From positions 42,687-106,686 of the forward strand of contig NIVC01002143.1 in the NCBI GenBank assembly GCA_002269645.1: 64,000 bases of DNA. Direction: 5' to 3'. Each line of letters begins with the position of its first letter. The first letter of the stretch is position 1. Below are positions 1 through 11,500 of the stretch, in pieces. Below the pieces are notes generated by a model, which ran no database searches, was not told the DNA's origin, and was given only the letters and a program-made list of their open reading frames with translations. The position numbers and the translations under genes are program-made. Source of the stretch: Macrostomum lignano (Eukaryota).

Positions 1-185
1 AACGAGCTGTCACTAGAATTCGGTGTCTACTCAGGTGTTTTCAGGTATAGTTGCTTGCTTTCATCGCCAATTCTAGATAAAAACTTGGCCTAATGGAGCG
101 TCCTGACATCCCAGATTCCCACTTCTATGTCGGGGTTATTATGTACGAGCGTAAGATAACGTCTGAATCCGTACCTTAACCACTG

Positions 186-575
186 AGATTCATACCCTAA
201 CCACTGAGATTCATGCTCTAATCACTGAGTTTCATGCCCTAATCACTGAGATTCATGCCCTAATCACTGAGATTCATGCCCTAATCACTGAGATTCATGC
301 CCTAATCACTGAGATTCATGCCCTAATCACTGAGATTCATGCCCTAATCACTGAGATTCATGCCCTAATCACTGAGATTCATGCCCTAATCACTGAGATT
401 CATGCCCTAATCACTGAGATTCATGCCCTAATCACTGAGATTCATGCCCTAATCACTGAGATTCATGCCCTAATCACTGAGATTCATGCCCCAACCACTG
501 AGATTCATGCCCCAACCACTGAGATTCATGCCTAACCACTGAGATTCATGCCCTAATCACTGAGATTCATGCTCT
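186..575. repeat. 21-bp minisatellite (ccctaatcactgagattcatg)
   Basis: Direct tandem copies visible; lies upstream of the first resolved AVL9 exon. Confidence 0.95.
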
Positions 576-647
576 GACCGCTAAAAGTCGTCTTTAATAA
601 GCCTATACTAATCTTATAATCCTGGAAATTTTACTCATTGCAAATAG

Positions 648-3600
648 GCTTATCAGTCAAGGAACTGCTGCTGCGCTACCGTCAAAAGCTGCTAGTGCTG
701 TTTAAACTGATCCTGTTGGAGCGTCGTGTTCTGGTGCACATGAACCCGGCCTCGCAGCTTGGCAACACTCTGCTGACTCTGGCTTCTCTGTATCCGAGCC
801 TCATTGAATGCGGCCTCAGCCGCTGCGGCGCTGTCTTCAAGAGTCGCTATAATTTTCGGTGCGTTTCATTTTTGAAGATGACACTCCTACACGCGAAGTT
901 GATGTGCCAGCCTCCCAGATCCAAAGTTGCTAAGCCAGCCTCTCAGATCCTCAGTTGCTGGGCCAGCCTCCAGATCCTCAGTTGCTGGACCAGCCTCCCA
1001 GATCCAAAGTTGCTAAGCCAGCCTCCCAGAGTGTCAGTTGCTGGGCCAGCCTCCCAGATCCTCAGTTGCTGGGCCAGCCTCCCAGATCCTCAGTTGCTGG
1101 GCCAGCCTCCCAGATCCAAAGTTGCTAAGCCAGCCTCCCAGAGTGTCAGTTGCTGGGCCAGCCTCCCAGAGTGTCAGTTGCTGTGCCAGCCTCCCAGATC
1201 CAAAGTTGCTAAGCCAGCCTCTCAGATCCTCAGTTGCTGGGCAATATAAGTAATAGTTAGGTGACAAAACCTTTTTCTCATTCCAGGAATCTCTCCGACT
1301 CCGACTTTGTGAGCATCGAGCGTGACACCGACGCTTTGCCGTCGACGGCGGCTTCGCCAACTACGCCGACTCCACCGCCGCCGCCGTCAACACCGGCATC
1401 GAAGGAGTCGCAGCCGCACGGCCGCCTTCAGGACGCGCTGGGCGGCGCCGCCACCGGCCTCATCTCCAGCGTCCGTGCCGGCATCGCCCGCGTCTCCAGC
1501 GCCGGAATTCCAGGCGCGGCTGCAGCGACAGCGGAGCATCCGGCTGCTGAACCGCAGCAGCAGCAGCAGCCTCGATCGCCGTCTCCACCCCCTCCGCGAA
1601 GCCCCTTTGACATTGACGACTGCGGCTTCCCGCTGGCCCTGTTCGCCGAGTCGGCCATCTTCCTGCCCTACGTGTCACTGCAGCAGATCGGCCTGCTAGA
1701 GGACGCCAACGTGCGCGCCTGCCTGCTCGGCGCCAACAATGTACTTTTCAGGCAGCCGCAGACTCGGCGCCGAATCGACGCTCTGCTTGGCGCCGACGCC
1801 GCCGATTTCGCCATCTACGACCGCGGCCTGGCCCGCCTGCTGCGGCTGACCGGCCCCGACGAGGCATTCATTCAGCGCCTGCTGGACAAGGCGACGTCGG
1901 CGGGCGCGGCAACGGCTGATAATGCCGACGGAGAGCTGACGCTGGAGGATGAAGATCTGTTTGCTGGATCCGGTAGGGGCTTTTAAGACACATACCTCCC
2001 AGATCCTCAGCTGCTGGACCAGCCTCCCAGATCCTCAGCTGCTGGACCAGCCTCCCAGATCCTCAGCTGCTGGGCCAGCCTCCCAGATCCTCAGCTGCTG
2101 GACCAGCCTCCCAGATCCTCAGCTGCTGGACCAGCCTCCCACATCCTCAGTTGCTGGGCCAGCCTCCCAGATCCTCAGCTGCTGGACCAGCCTCCCAGAT
2201 CCTCAGTTGCTGTGCCAGCCTCCCAGATCCTCAGCTGCTGGGCCAGCCTCCCAGATCCTCAGTTGCTGAGCCAGCCTCCCAGATCCTCAGCTGCTGGGGC
2301 ATCGCCGCCCTCCCTGGGATTTTAAAATTCCCCGAAAAACTCCCTATATACTACTTGTTTTGGCGCATGTGTTATTAGTCAGCCTAGCGCCGCTATTTTA
2401 GTCTTATATTTCTATTTCGCTACTCTGCAGAATGGGAAGGCTCAGACGACTGGCTGCGGGCCCAGTTTCGCGCCTACCTCACCGCTTTGCTACTGACGGC
2501 CGACTCCAGCAGCGGCGCCGCTGGGGCCGAGCCCGCCGCCTCCAACTCGTCTCTCGACGAATCCGGAGGAGGAGGCGGCGGCGGCGGCAGCGGCTCATCC
2601 AGCGAGGAAGGCGACTTCAACGCCAGCTACGTGCGAGCCCTACGGGCCACCTTTCACTATCGGGCCTGGCTAGCCGGTCCGCGCCACGGCCTTGCTGGCG
2701 CGTCCAGGCGGCATCCATGCCACGGTCAGAGCGCGCTGGGCGTCAGGCTGAACCAGTGAGCGGTGACTTGGCTTTGTGTTTCTGTATCGGGCGAGGCATG
2801 CGAAATTGGAGTTGAAGACAGGATTGGCGGCCTGAATTGGCCCAACTTAGCTGCAGGGAGATCCAATGGGAAGTAGAGAGAACAATGAGAACTTAAAAAG
2901 TAGATAGAATCGGGAGAAGTAGAGAGAATGGTGAGAAGTAGAGAGAATGGTGAGAAGTAGAAAGAATGGCGAGAAGTAGAGAGAATGGCGAGAAGTAGAG
3001 AGAATGGTGAGAAGTAGAGAGAATGGTGAGAAGTAGAGAGAATGGTGAGAAGTAGAGAGAATAGTGAGAAGTAGAGAGAATGGTGAGAAGTAGAGAGAAT
3101 GGTGAGAAGTAGAGAGAATGGGTGAGAAGTAGAAAGAATGGCGAGAAGTAGAGAGAATGGCGAGAAGTAGAGAGAATGGTGAGAAGTAGAGAGAATGGTG
3201 AGAAGTAGAGAGAATGGTGAGAAGTAGAGAGAATGGTGAGAAGCAAAGAGAATAGTGAGAAGTAGAGAGAATGGGGAGAAGTTTAAGCTTTTTACATGAA
3301 TTTGGACTTTCGTTTGATTTGGGACTTGTGCTTAAAGATTTGACAGATGTAAGTCTAAATTTTGTGCTTATTTGTGTTATAATTTTTTCTTCTCCAGGTT
3401 TTTAACGGGCACAGACCAAGGCAGAAAGGTGTCTAGCGCTGTGCAGTCGACTGGCAGAGCTCTAGAAGACACCGGTAAAGTGGTTGGTAAGTGAGACGCG
3501 CCGCTTTATGAGTGCATATAGAGTTCGGCAAATGCCAGAGATCGAGAGAGGGATTGAAAGGTAGAGGGGAGACAGGTGAGGAAATGGGTGGGAGAGGGGA

Positions 3601-4653
3601 GACAGGTGAGGAAATGGGTGGGAGAGGGGAGACAGGTGAGGAATGGGTGGGGGGAGACATGTAAGGAAATGAGTGGGGGAGGGGAGACAGGTGAGGAAAT
3701 GGGTGGGAGAGGGGAGACAGGTGAGGAATGGGTGGGAGAGGGGAGACAGGTGAGGAAATGAGTGGGGGAGGGGAGACAGGTGAGGAAATGGGTGGGAGAG
3801 GGGAGACAGGTGAGGATATGGGTGGGAGAGGGGAGACAGGTGAGGAATGGGTGGGAGAGGGGAGACAGGTGAGGAAATGAGTGGGGGAGGGGAGACAGGT
3901 GAGGATATGGGTGGGAGAGGGGAGACAGGTGAGGAATGGGTGGGAGAGGGGAGACAGGTGAGGAAATGAGTGGGGGAGGGGAGACAGGTGAGGATATGGG
4001 TGGGAGAGGGGAGACAGGTGAGGAATGGGTGGGGGGAGACATGTAAGGAAATGAGTGGGGGAGGGGAGACAGGTGAGGAAATGGGTGGGAGAGGGGAGAC
4101 AGGTGAGGAATGGGTGGGGGAGACATGTAAGGAAATAAGTGGGGGAGGGGAGACAGGTGAGGAAATGGGTGGGAGAGGGGAGACAGGTGAGGAATGGGTG
4201 GGAGAGGGAGACAGGTGAGGAAATGAGTGGGGGAGGGGAGACAGGTGAGGAAATGGGTGGGAGAGGGGAGACAGGTGAGGAATGGGTGGGAGAGGGGAGA
4301 CAGGTGAGGAAATGGGTGGGAGAGGGGAGACAGGTGAGGAATGGGTGGGAGAGGGGAGACAGGTGAGGAAATGAGTGGGGGAGGGGAGACAGGTGAGGAA
4401 ATGGGTGGGGGAGGGGAGACAGGTGAGGAAATGGGTGGGAGAGGGGAGACTGATCTGATCCCCATTTTCACAAACAGGCGGCGCCATCTACAACGCCGGA
4501 AGCGCCATGTCCGGCTTTCTGTCCGGCCTGTCGTCCAAGGCGGCTTCCAGACTGTCCGGCAGTCAGTCGCAGCAGCAGCTTCAGCAGCAGCAGCAGCAGC
4601 AGCCGCCGCAACATCAGGAGATTCCACGCGAGTCTTCAATAAATTCCGGATAG
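648..4653 (+). CDS. AVL9: AVL9 (late secretory pathway, DENN-like) homologue; 3' part of the gene, 5' exons not resolved. Exons 648-858, 1287-1972, 2431-2755, 3398-3486, 4478-4653
   Basis: Spliced translation reads GLSVKELLLRYRQKLLVLFKLILLERRVL...SLYPSLIECGLS, GFPLALFAESAIFLPYVSLQQ..LL.DANVRACLLGANNVLFRQ, EWEGSDDWLRAQFRAYLTALL, HPCHGQ and TDQGRKVSSAVQSTGRALEDTGKVVGGA. I recognise these as AVL9 family motifs. All four introns are GT-AG with compatible phases (2,1,2,1); stop TAG at 4651-4653. Confidence 0.9.
905..1243. repeat. ~28-bp minisatellite (cagcctcccagatcctcagttgctgggc), AVL9 intron
   Basis: Tandem copies; same family as 1993-2297 and 26025-26565. Confidence 0.95.
1993..2297. repeat. 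~28-bp minisatellite (same family), next AVL9 intron
   Basis: Tandem cagcctcccagatcctcagctgctgg units. Confidence 0.95.
2905..3282. repeat. 19-bp purine-rich minisatellite (gagaagtagagagaatggt)
   Basis: Tandem copies in an AVL9 intron. Confidence 0.95.
3562..4450. repeat. ~30-bp G-rich minisatellite (ggggagacaggtgaggaaatgggtgggaga)
   Basis: Tandem copies fill the last AVL9 intron. Confidence 0.95.
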
Positions 4654-7600
4654 ACAATGCGATAATTAAACGCTAAATTTTAATTGGTAATCTTATGCAT
4701 ATGTCTGTTATTTTCTATCCATGATCAGCTGTTTCCAGCTCATAGTATCGCCTCGGTGTATTATTATAATTTTTGATACGATAAAAATAAATATACATAT
4801 ATAATCTTACTTGGATTACGGCTCGTCAGTAGGTATTTTTGTTTAACGCGACTGTCTAATTATAATTCCCTTTATTGATGTTTTAATCTTGGATTATCAT
4901 TATTATCAAATGTAGCTACAAATTGTTATTTGATAGTATTGACATTTAGCTAGTACTGCGCATTTTTTTAATCTGCTTGTTTTAATTGCAATGAGTCACA
5001 GTTTCCTAGTAATATTAGTTATTATAGTCTGAGCCCTGTAAGTGACAGCTCGAATGCTGAGTGGATGCACTTTGAAAATTCATTTTAATCTATAGTGCAT
5101 TCCCTATGAAATCCATTGTGCGCGCACTGTTTCACGGAGATTGAAAAAAATTCAGTTATTTTATCTTTCCTATGTTTTTATTTTCTATTTACGTCAGTTC
5201 CTGCTTAGCAGTCAGGCGCATTCCTTATCTAATGTTGTGAACATTTTCATAGATAGATTTGGCTAGCGTGTGCATGCGCATATTTTTGTGCAATTTCCTA
5301 CACCTGAGGCTATAGTTTAATATAATGTAATATCCGGTTATTCGGAAAGTTCTTGCGCGAATTTTCTACGAATTAAAATTAGTCAGAGCGAAAAAGCATG
5401 ATCATATGCTTGAAATTCCGAAGGATAAAGTGAAACAGCGGATGTTATGAACAATCACCCAAAAAATAAGCGCAAAAGCTTTTGGGATGACTTGATTTAT
5501 TTTTGCACTGTGTTAATAAAGCATATACTACTACACTTGAATAAATTTTAAAGTGCCTTCGTGAATTTAAGGAGTTTACAATGGTACATGCATGTAGAGA
5601 TGGTCCACACTCCACAGTTCTCATAACTAAACCGTTAAAGTTAGTGTTATTCTATGGCGCTAGTGTAGTATTTAAAACACCCTTGTGTGCTAACAGCACT
5701 GCGCCTCAGTGCGGCCTAGCTTGCTAAGCCTTTAAATTTTATCAGCACATCGGCCACATGTGTCTAGTCAGCTCTGGCTTTGTTTGTCACTGGCCTTCAC
5801 CCAGGCGGAGCTTCTATATCTTCAAAATGTGCATAGAGGACTATATATGGACAATTTATTTGGAATTTCTCCGTTGTCTCTAACCAAGCTTCGATAGTGG
5901 ACAAGTCTAAACTGCTCTAGTAGCTCTTGAAAACTGCTTAGGCCAGTTTTCGATTGATTAAAAAACTCTGCATCGTAAGGGCGGAAGCTCGAGATGTGCA
6001 GTTGGCTTGAATAAAGCCGTAAGTGTTTCAGTCAAATATTAACAAATTGTAAGGCTTAAGCCTATATTTCTAGTTTTTATTGCGTTAGATGCCAGTCATT
6101 TACCTTTTTATGTGCCAAATAACTAGAAAATTTGTAGATTGAAATAAAAATCAGTAGCTGCTTGTTTTTAAAAACCGAATACGAAAATTACAACGCAGGT
6201 CTGACCCGGGGGTCTGACGTCTCACTACTAACTACCGAATTCACCCACCAAAAAGACACCCCCTTAATGTTTTAAAAAAATATCGATTGAAAAAATACTT
6301 AAACTGTCGAGCAGAAGAGCGCAATTCTTGCGCGTCTAATTATACTTTTTAATTAGCTCTATTTTTGATCAGAGTCGTCTCACTCTCACTATGCATTTAG
6401 TTCCTCATGGTCAGCCTGCTGTAACCTCCAAGTATCATCTAGGACCTTATCACCATTTTATTGTTATTAGCGAGCCCACGATGGGTCAAGTAAATAACAT
6501 TGAGATTAGGGAATTCAGTGAGGGTCCTTTGACTTGCCAAAAATACAAATTGCATGCAAAGGTCAAATTTAAATGCAAAGTACTAAAGTCTAAAGTAGGT
6601 TCTTTGCCTTCGCAATGCAAATACATTGACGAAAAACAATAACAAATAAATTAAAAAAAGAAGAAGAAAGATACTTTTCTCATGGGGAAATATTTTTATA
6701 AATGTACGTTACATTGTTTTTATTTAGATAATAACACTATCATTTTCTTAAAAAGATTTAGGCCCAGCCTAATAAAAATATAAAGCTGACATTAAATAGG
6801 GCCTATTAATGAAAAACTAAGGGCTCACATAGTTTTAAAATTGAAATAACTTATTGTAAATAATGCATTGTAAAAAATCCTTATCTTATTAAAGGAAGAG
6901 CCAACCAATGTAATATAATAGTTTTTTATTCTTAACTAACTTAACTAATACTAATATTTTTTTTAGATAACATTGAAATTTTGAAAAAAATGTCTTTATC
7001 AGCAGGCTTTGTTGGTTGCCCTAAGTTAGAAAGCAGCCTTTATTATTCCAAATTATATATATTCTCAAAAGCAAATAAGAAATTAACCTAAGGATAGACC
7101 TATCAATATTAGCTGTAGAAAAAAAATATATTTCATAGTCCCTTTATATATTTTAAGTTTTTTGTAGGTAGGGCCTATTGTTTCAAGGGTTTTGGCTATT
7201 TTGATTGTTTAGGTCTAGGGCACAATTGTTTAAGGTACAATATAGCTTTTATATATCTTTTTGAAAATGTGTTATTTGATATGATTAAAACAAAATTACC
7301 TTAATTTAAATGGCAAAGACTAGTGGCAATATGTTAAATTTCAACTAGTGTCAAAGCTTTCTTCAACTTTATAGCATTTGCCAAATTGGCTAGGCCTATT
7401 GCCAAAATAGATTGTTGCCAAATCCATTGGAAGCCAGCTTGTTATGAGGTAGTAGACTTCTCATAGATCTTAAAATAGCTTGTTTTGGGTAAGAATTAGG
7501 AAAGAATAAATCAAATATTAAAAAATATATTTAAATTAATTTTTAATTGATTTTAATATTTTTCTTTAACTTTTCATATATTTGGCAAGTTCTTTTTATT

Positions 7601-8570
7601 AGTGTAAAGGATCTATAGGTCATTGAATCCTTGTTGGTATTCAAATTCTCATGGATCATTAAAAAAATTGTTAAAAAAACTTACTTTTAGAAGATTTAAA
7701 GCAGCTTAATGATAGAAATGTTAAAGCTCAACAAATAAAGTCTTCTTATTTTAGTTTGTTGCCTAGCTTAGAGTAGTTGCTAGATTGTGAATAGCTATAA
7801 TATAAATTTTCATTGATTCTTGATTGCAATTCTTATTGACACTAATTAGAATTCACTTAGACATTGTAATTGTAATTGGTACAAATTAGGTTCAGCTATT
7901 TAATTAGAATCTATAACTGTTTAGAGTTGTTTATAGTGGTATAATACAAAAAAAGTAAATACAATTATCTGTAGGAAGTAACTATGACTACATCATGCTA
8001 TATTTTATATTTGATACATTATTAATTTCTACTATACTTTAATTGGCTTTTTACTAATAACTATAAGCTTATACTTTGGACTCAAATATTTTAGCTTAGA
8101 TGTTAGAAAAGGCAAAAAATGCCTTTAAGTCCTACATTTAGTATATTTATTAAAATATTTATGATTTATGACTTGTCAGCTCATTTGAATTTTTTCGAAG
8201 TTGCATTGCTTGTATATTGCATTTTTAGAAAGTAGGATGATGCTTAGTCATTTTTTTCTTTGTTCATATGATTAGTTTCCACTTCACTCTTTTGCCTAGG
8301 AGTTTTTAGTTTGCAACACAGCAGCCCAGGCTTTCTCCTTGGTTTACATGTACATGTGCATTACATGTCTTACCCAAATGGCACAACAAGCCCCAGACTA
8401 GCATGTATGAGAAACAGATAATTGAGCATGTGAGCATATGGCATCAATTTCCTGGCATATTGCTCAGCCTCAGCCCCTAAAATCAAAGAATGAATTTTTA
8501 TTAAATCTAGTGTGTTTTATAATCGCAGAGCTTTTAAAATTCAGCACTTGTAGTTAGTTCACTCGTTTGA

Positions 8571-11500
8571 ATGTCTGCGCGGGACTTCATTGATTGGCTA
8601 CTAGTGGCCGCGGAGAGACAACGAGCCAGTATTAGTCTGCAGCTGGATGATTGGCATCAAGCTAGAGAACAATTGCGAATGCTGATTGACGCAGAGCCAG
8701 CTTCGCTGCAGGAGTTTTGCGATACGGAGTCTGCGCTGGATGAGGCACTAGTGGCGACAGGAGGCTGGGCAGTAAGTTGTTTATGGGATGAAGCTGAGGC
8801 AGAGTCGGCAACACGAGACCTGCTCCGTATCTTAAATCAAGCAATGGGCTCCAACTTGTCTGAACAGACTGAGTCAGCCACAGCCTCACTTCACCAGGCT
8901 GAGTCAGCCACAGCCTCACTTCACCAGATACAGTCAACCATAGACACGCTTCATCAGATTGAGTCAGCCACCGACTCGCTTCATCAGATTGAGTCAGGCT
9001 CCCACTCGCTTCACCAAGCTGAGTCAGCCACAGACACGTTTCATCAGGTTGAGTCAGTTGCTTGTTTGTCTGACCAGTTAGTCTATCTCCATCAGCCATC
9101 GGGTGTTATTCAATTTACCGACTGCCTCGGTGGCAGTCTCCGAAACTTCAAAATAACGGATGCTGAATCGAATGCAGTGGTTGTGAAGCCTTACCGCATT
9201 CGGAAGTACAGCGCTAAAAGGCTTGTAGTGATTGATAAATCAGCCGGTGTTGTTATTGTTTGTCAGGCTGGCGGCGAATTGCAGTTCAGCGTTGGGCCGA
9301 AATTCAGCAAGAAAAAGTAAATTCCGATCTTTATTCATACTCTGAACTTGCCTCACCGCTCCACTAATCTCTGAATTTTCCTCACCGCTCTCTTTTCCAT
9401 AAGTTTCTGATACGTAAATTATTTTCCTTCCCGCATTTTATTTTTCGTAGGCATTTAAAGCAGCCTGAAGACGCAGTGGGTGCACGCTCATTCGTGATAA
9501 TATGTTGCCCTACCACCGGCCTCTTCATGGCCTGCCTCTACCGGCCATCCGTGCGCACAGCTTTTCTAAACTCAACTACCAATTTGACGCATCCTGTACG
9601 CTTAGCGTGGAACTCTACAATCAAACAACTGGTCGTGCTTGATGAAGTTGACAGCTGTCAGTACTTGTTAAACCTGTTTTCCATTACCGAGGAGAAGAAA
9701 TATGTATTTGAACTGAAATCAGAGTCCCAGTCCAGTGAGCCAGTGAAGTCCCTGGCCACTCCGTGCGTGCTGTGCAGCAGCAGCGGCACTCTGCTGTCTG
9801 TGCTGAGCTCCGAGGGACCGCAGATTGTCTGCATGGATGACGCCTGCACTTCAGTGCTGAGAACTGTTCGCCTATCGGTCAGGAAACCGGTGACTGACAT
9901 GTGCTGGAGTGACCAGACACTGCTTGTCTGCTCCGGTGGAGAAGTCTGTGCGATACAGGAGGTTATTGATGATGCTGATGACAGGTGAGAGCTATTTAAA
10001 TGTATGATTTTGCTCAGCTTAATCTGTATCATTGATTGTCATTTCCGTTCATTCTTATTGTAGAGCATTTGTCGCTGAGTCTGCAATTGTGACTAAAAAA
10101 GTTGGTAAGAAAAAAGCTGCTTCGCGTGCTGAAGCGCCCACTCAGCCTGTCTCACCCACAGCTTCAGTAGTTAACTTAGCAGATGTGGTAGGGACAGTTG
10201 CCTGCTATCAGCCTATCTTAGCTACAGACTCTGTCTCCATAGCCAGTCTATCAGATCAGTGCTTCGTTGTCTCGCGATCAACGCATTCTATATTCGTGTA
10301 CAACTCACATTGGAACTGTGTTGGTAGCCTTAACGTGACCAATCACGATGGATCTGCAATAGTTATTCGTCCCCATTGCATCCGAGCATGCAGCGAAGGT
10401 CAGCTGATTGTTATCCTAGACCAGGCCGGTCAAACTGTGACCGTCTGCCAGCCAGATGGCCAACTGCGCTTTCAAGTTGGACCGAGATTCAGCAGCTGGT
10501 GGGTTGGTTGGAATTGGTATCGATGGTTTTTATCGAACCAGGATAGAGTTGGGGGTAGCAGCTCCGAGCTGCGGTTGCAGGATAAGAGTTGCATTGTACA
10601 AGTTTAATCAGTCTTTGTAGGTGCGCTCTGCTATTGCGGCACATTTGTTTGTTTTTTGATTTTTTAGTCGAAATTTTGTTTGAGTTGAATCTGAGCTTCA
10701 ATTGCTGCCACAAATGTGTGCGCTATGTTTGCCTGGAGGGGTTGTAGCCTGGTGGTTAGAGCGTCGGACTCTCGACTAAAAGGTCAGGGGTTCGATTCTC
10801 GGCCTACTCAGACCAATTTGTGTCCTTAAATTGCTTCAGTTCACCCAGCTTTAAAATGAGTGCCAGCTAGATTAAACAGCCGTGCGCAACCTTTAGATGC
10901 GCTGCGCAATAGCTGCGGCTGAGCTGTCGGTTGCACATCTGCCCATTGGTAGAATCAAAAAATTATTGATTAATAATAATATTGATTAATAAATCAATAT
11001 TATTATTATTTGGGCAGTCAGGCCCATTCTGCTGAACCTTGAGCACCCACACGCTCACACAGGGTGTACAGCGGCCCTGACTTTCTCATCATGTTCGGCA
11101 TGTACACTCTCCGAGAGTGCCAGGACGTAACACTCGCAAATATAGCAAAATTGTTTGAAGGCCCGCTTGTTTGCATTGCAGCTAAAATTTAAATGCTCAT
11201 AACTCCGAATCAGTTGCACTTGCAATAATAATTCTAAAACAGTACAACATAGCATATATACAGCGTAGGGTTAGTGAGATAACTTTATGACAACTAAAGC
11301 ATATTAATAAAAAATTAGCTAAAAACCCGTCTGATAATTTATTGCAAGCTAATTGTTGAATTAGTACCGCTAACAGTTTATCTGCATAAAAAGCACAGCA
11401 AGTTTTAAACGAGTTGCAAGATTCCATCACAAACAGCTCGTTATCGTAGATTAAGCAGATTAAAGCCTTGAAAAATTATAACTACACCTATTCTGGAGCT

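Noticed and set aside
93-170. Possible upstream AVL9 exon (PDSHFYVG resembles the residues preceding GLS)
   Set aside because: No GT donor falls at the position that would give the expected junction, and the acceptor is ambiguous; left uncalled.
3462-4657. 341-aa and 383-aa minus-strand Pro/Ser/His-rich ORFs
   Set aside because: Translations of the 30-bp intronic minisatellite and of the antisense strand of the last AVL9 exon.
10737-10810. Possible tRNA gene (also at 48170-48244)
   Set aside because: It has A/B boxes but no complete acceptor stem that I could pair, and it continues into a shared SINE body and tail.
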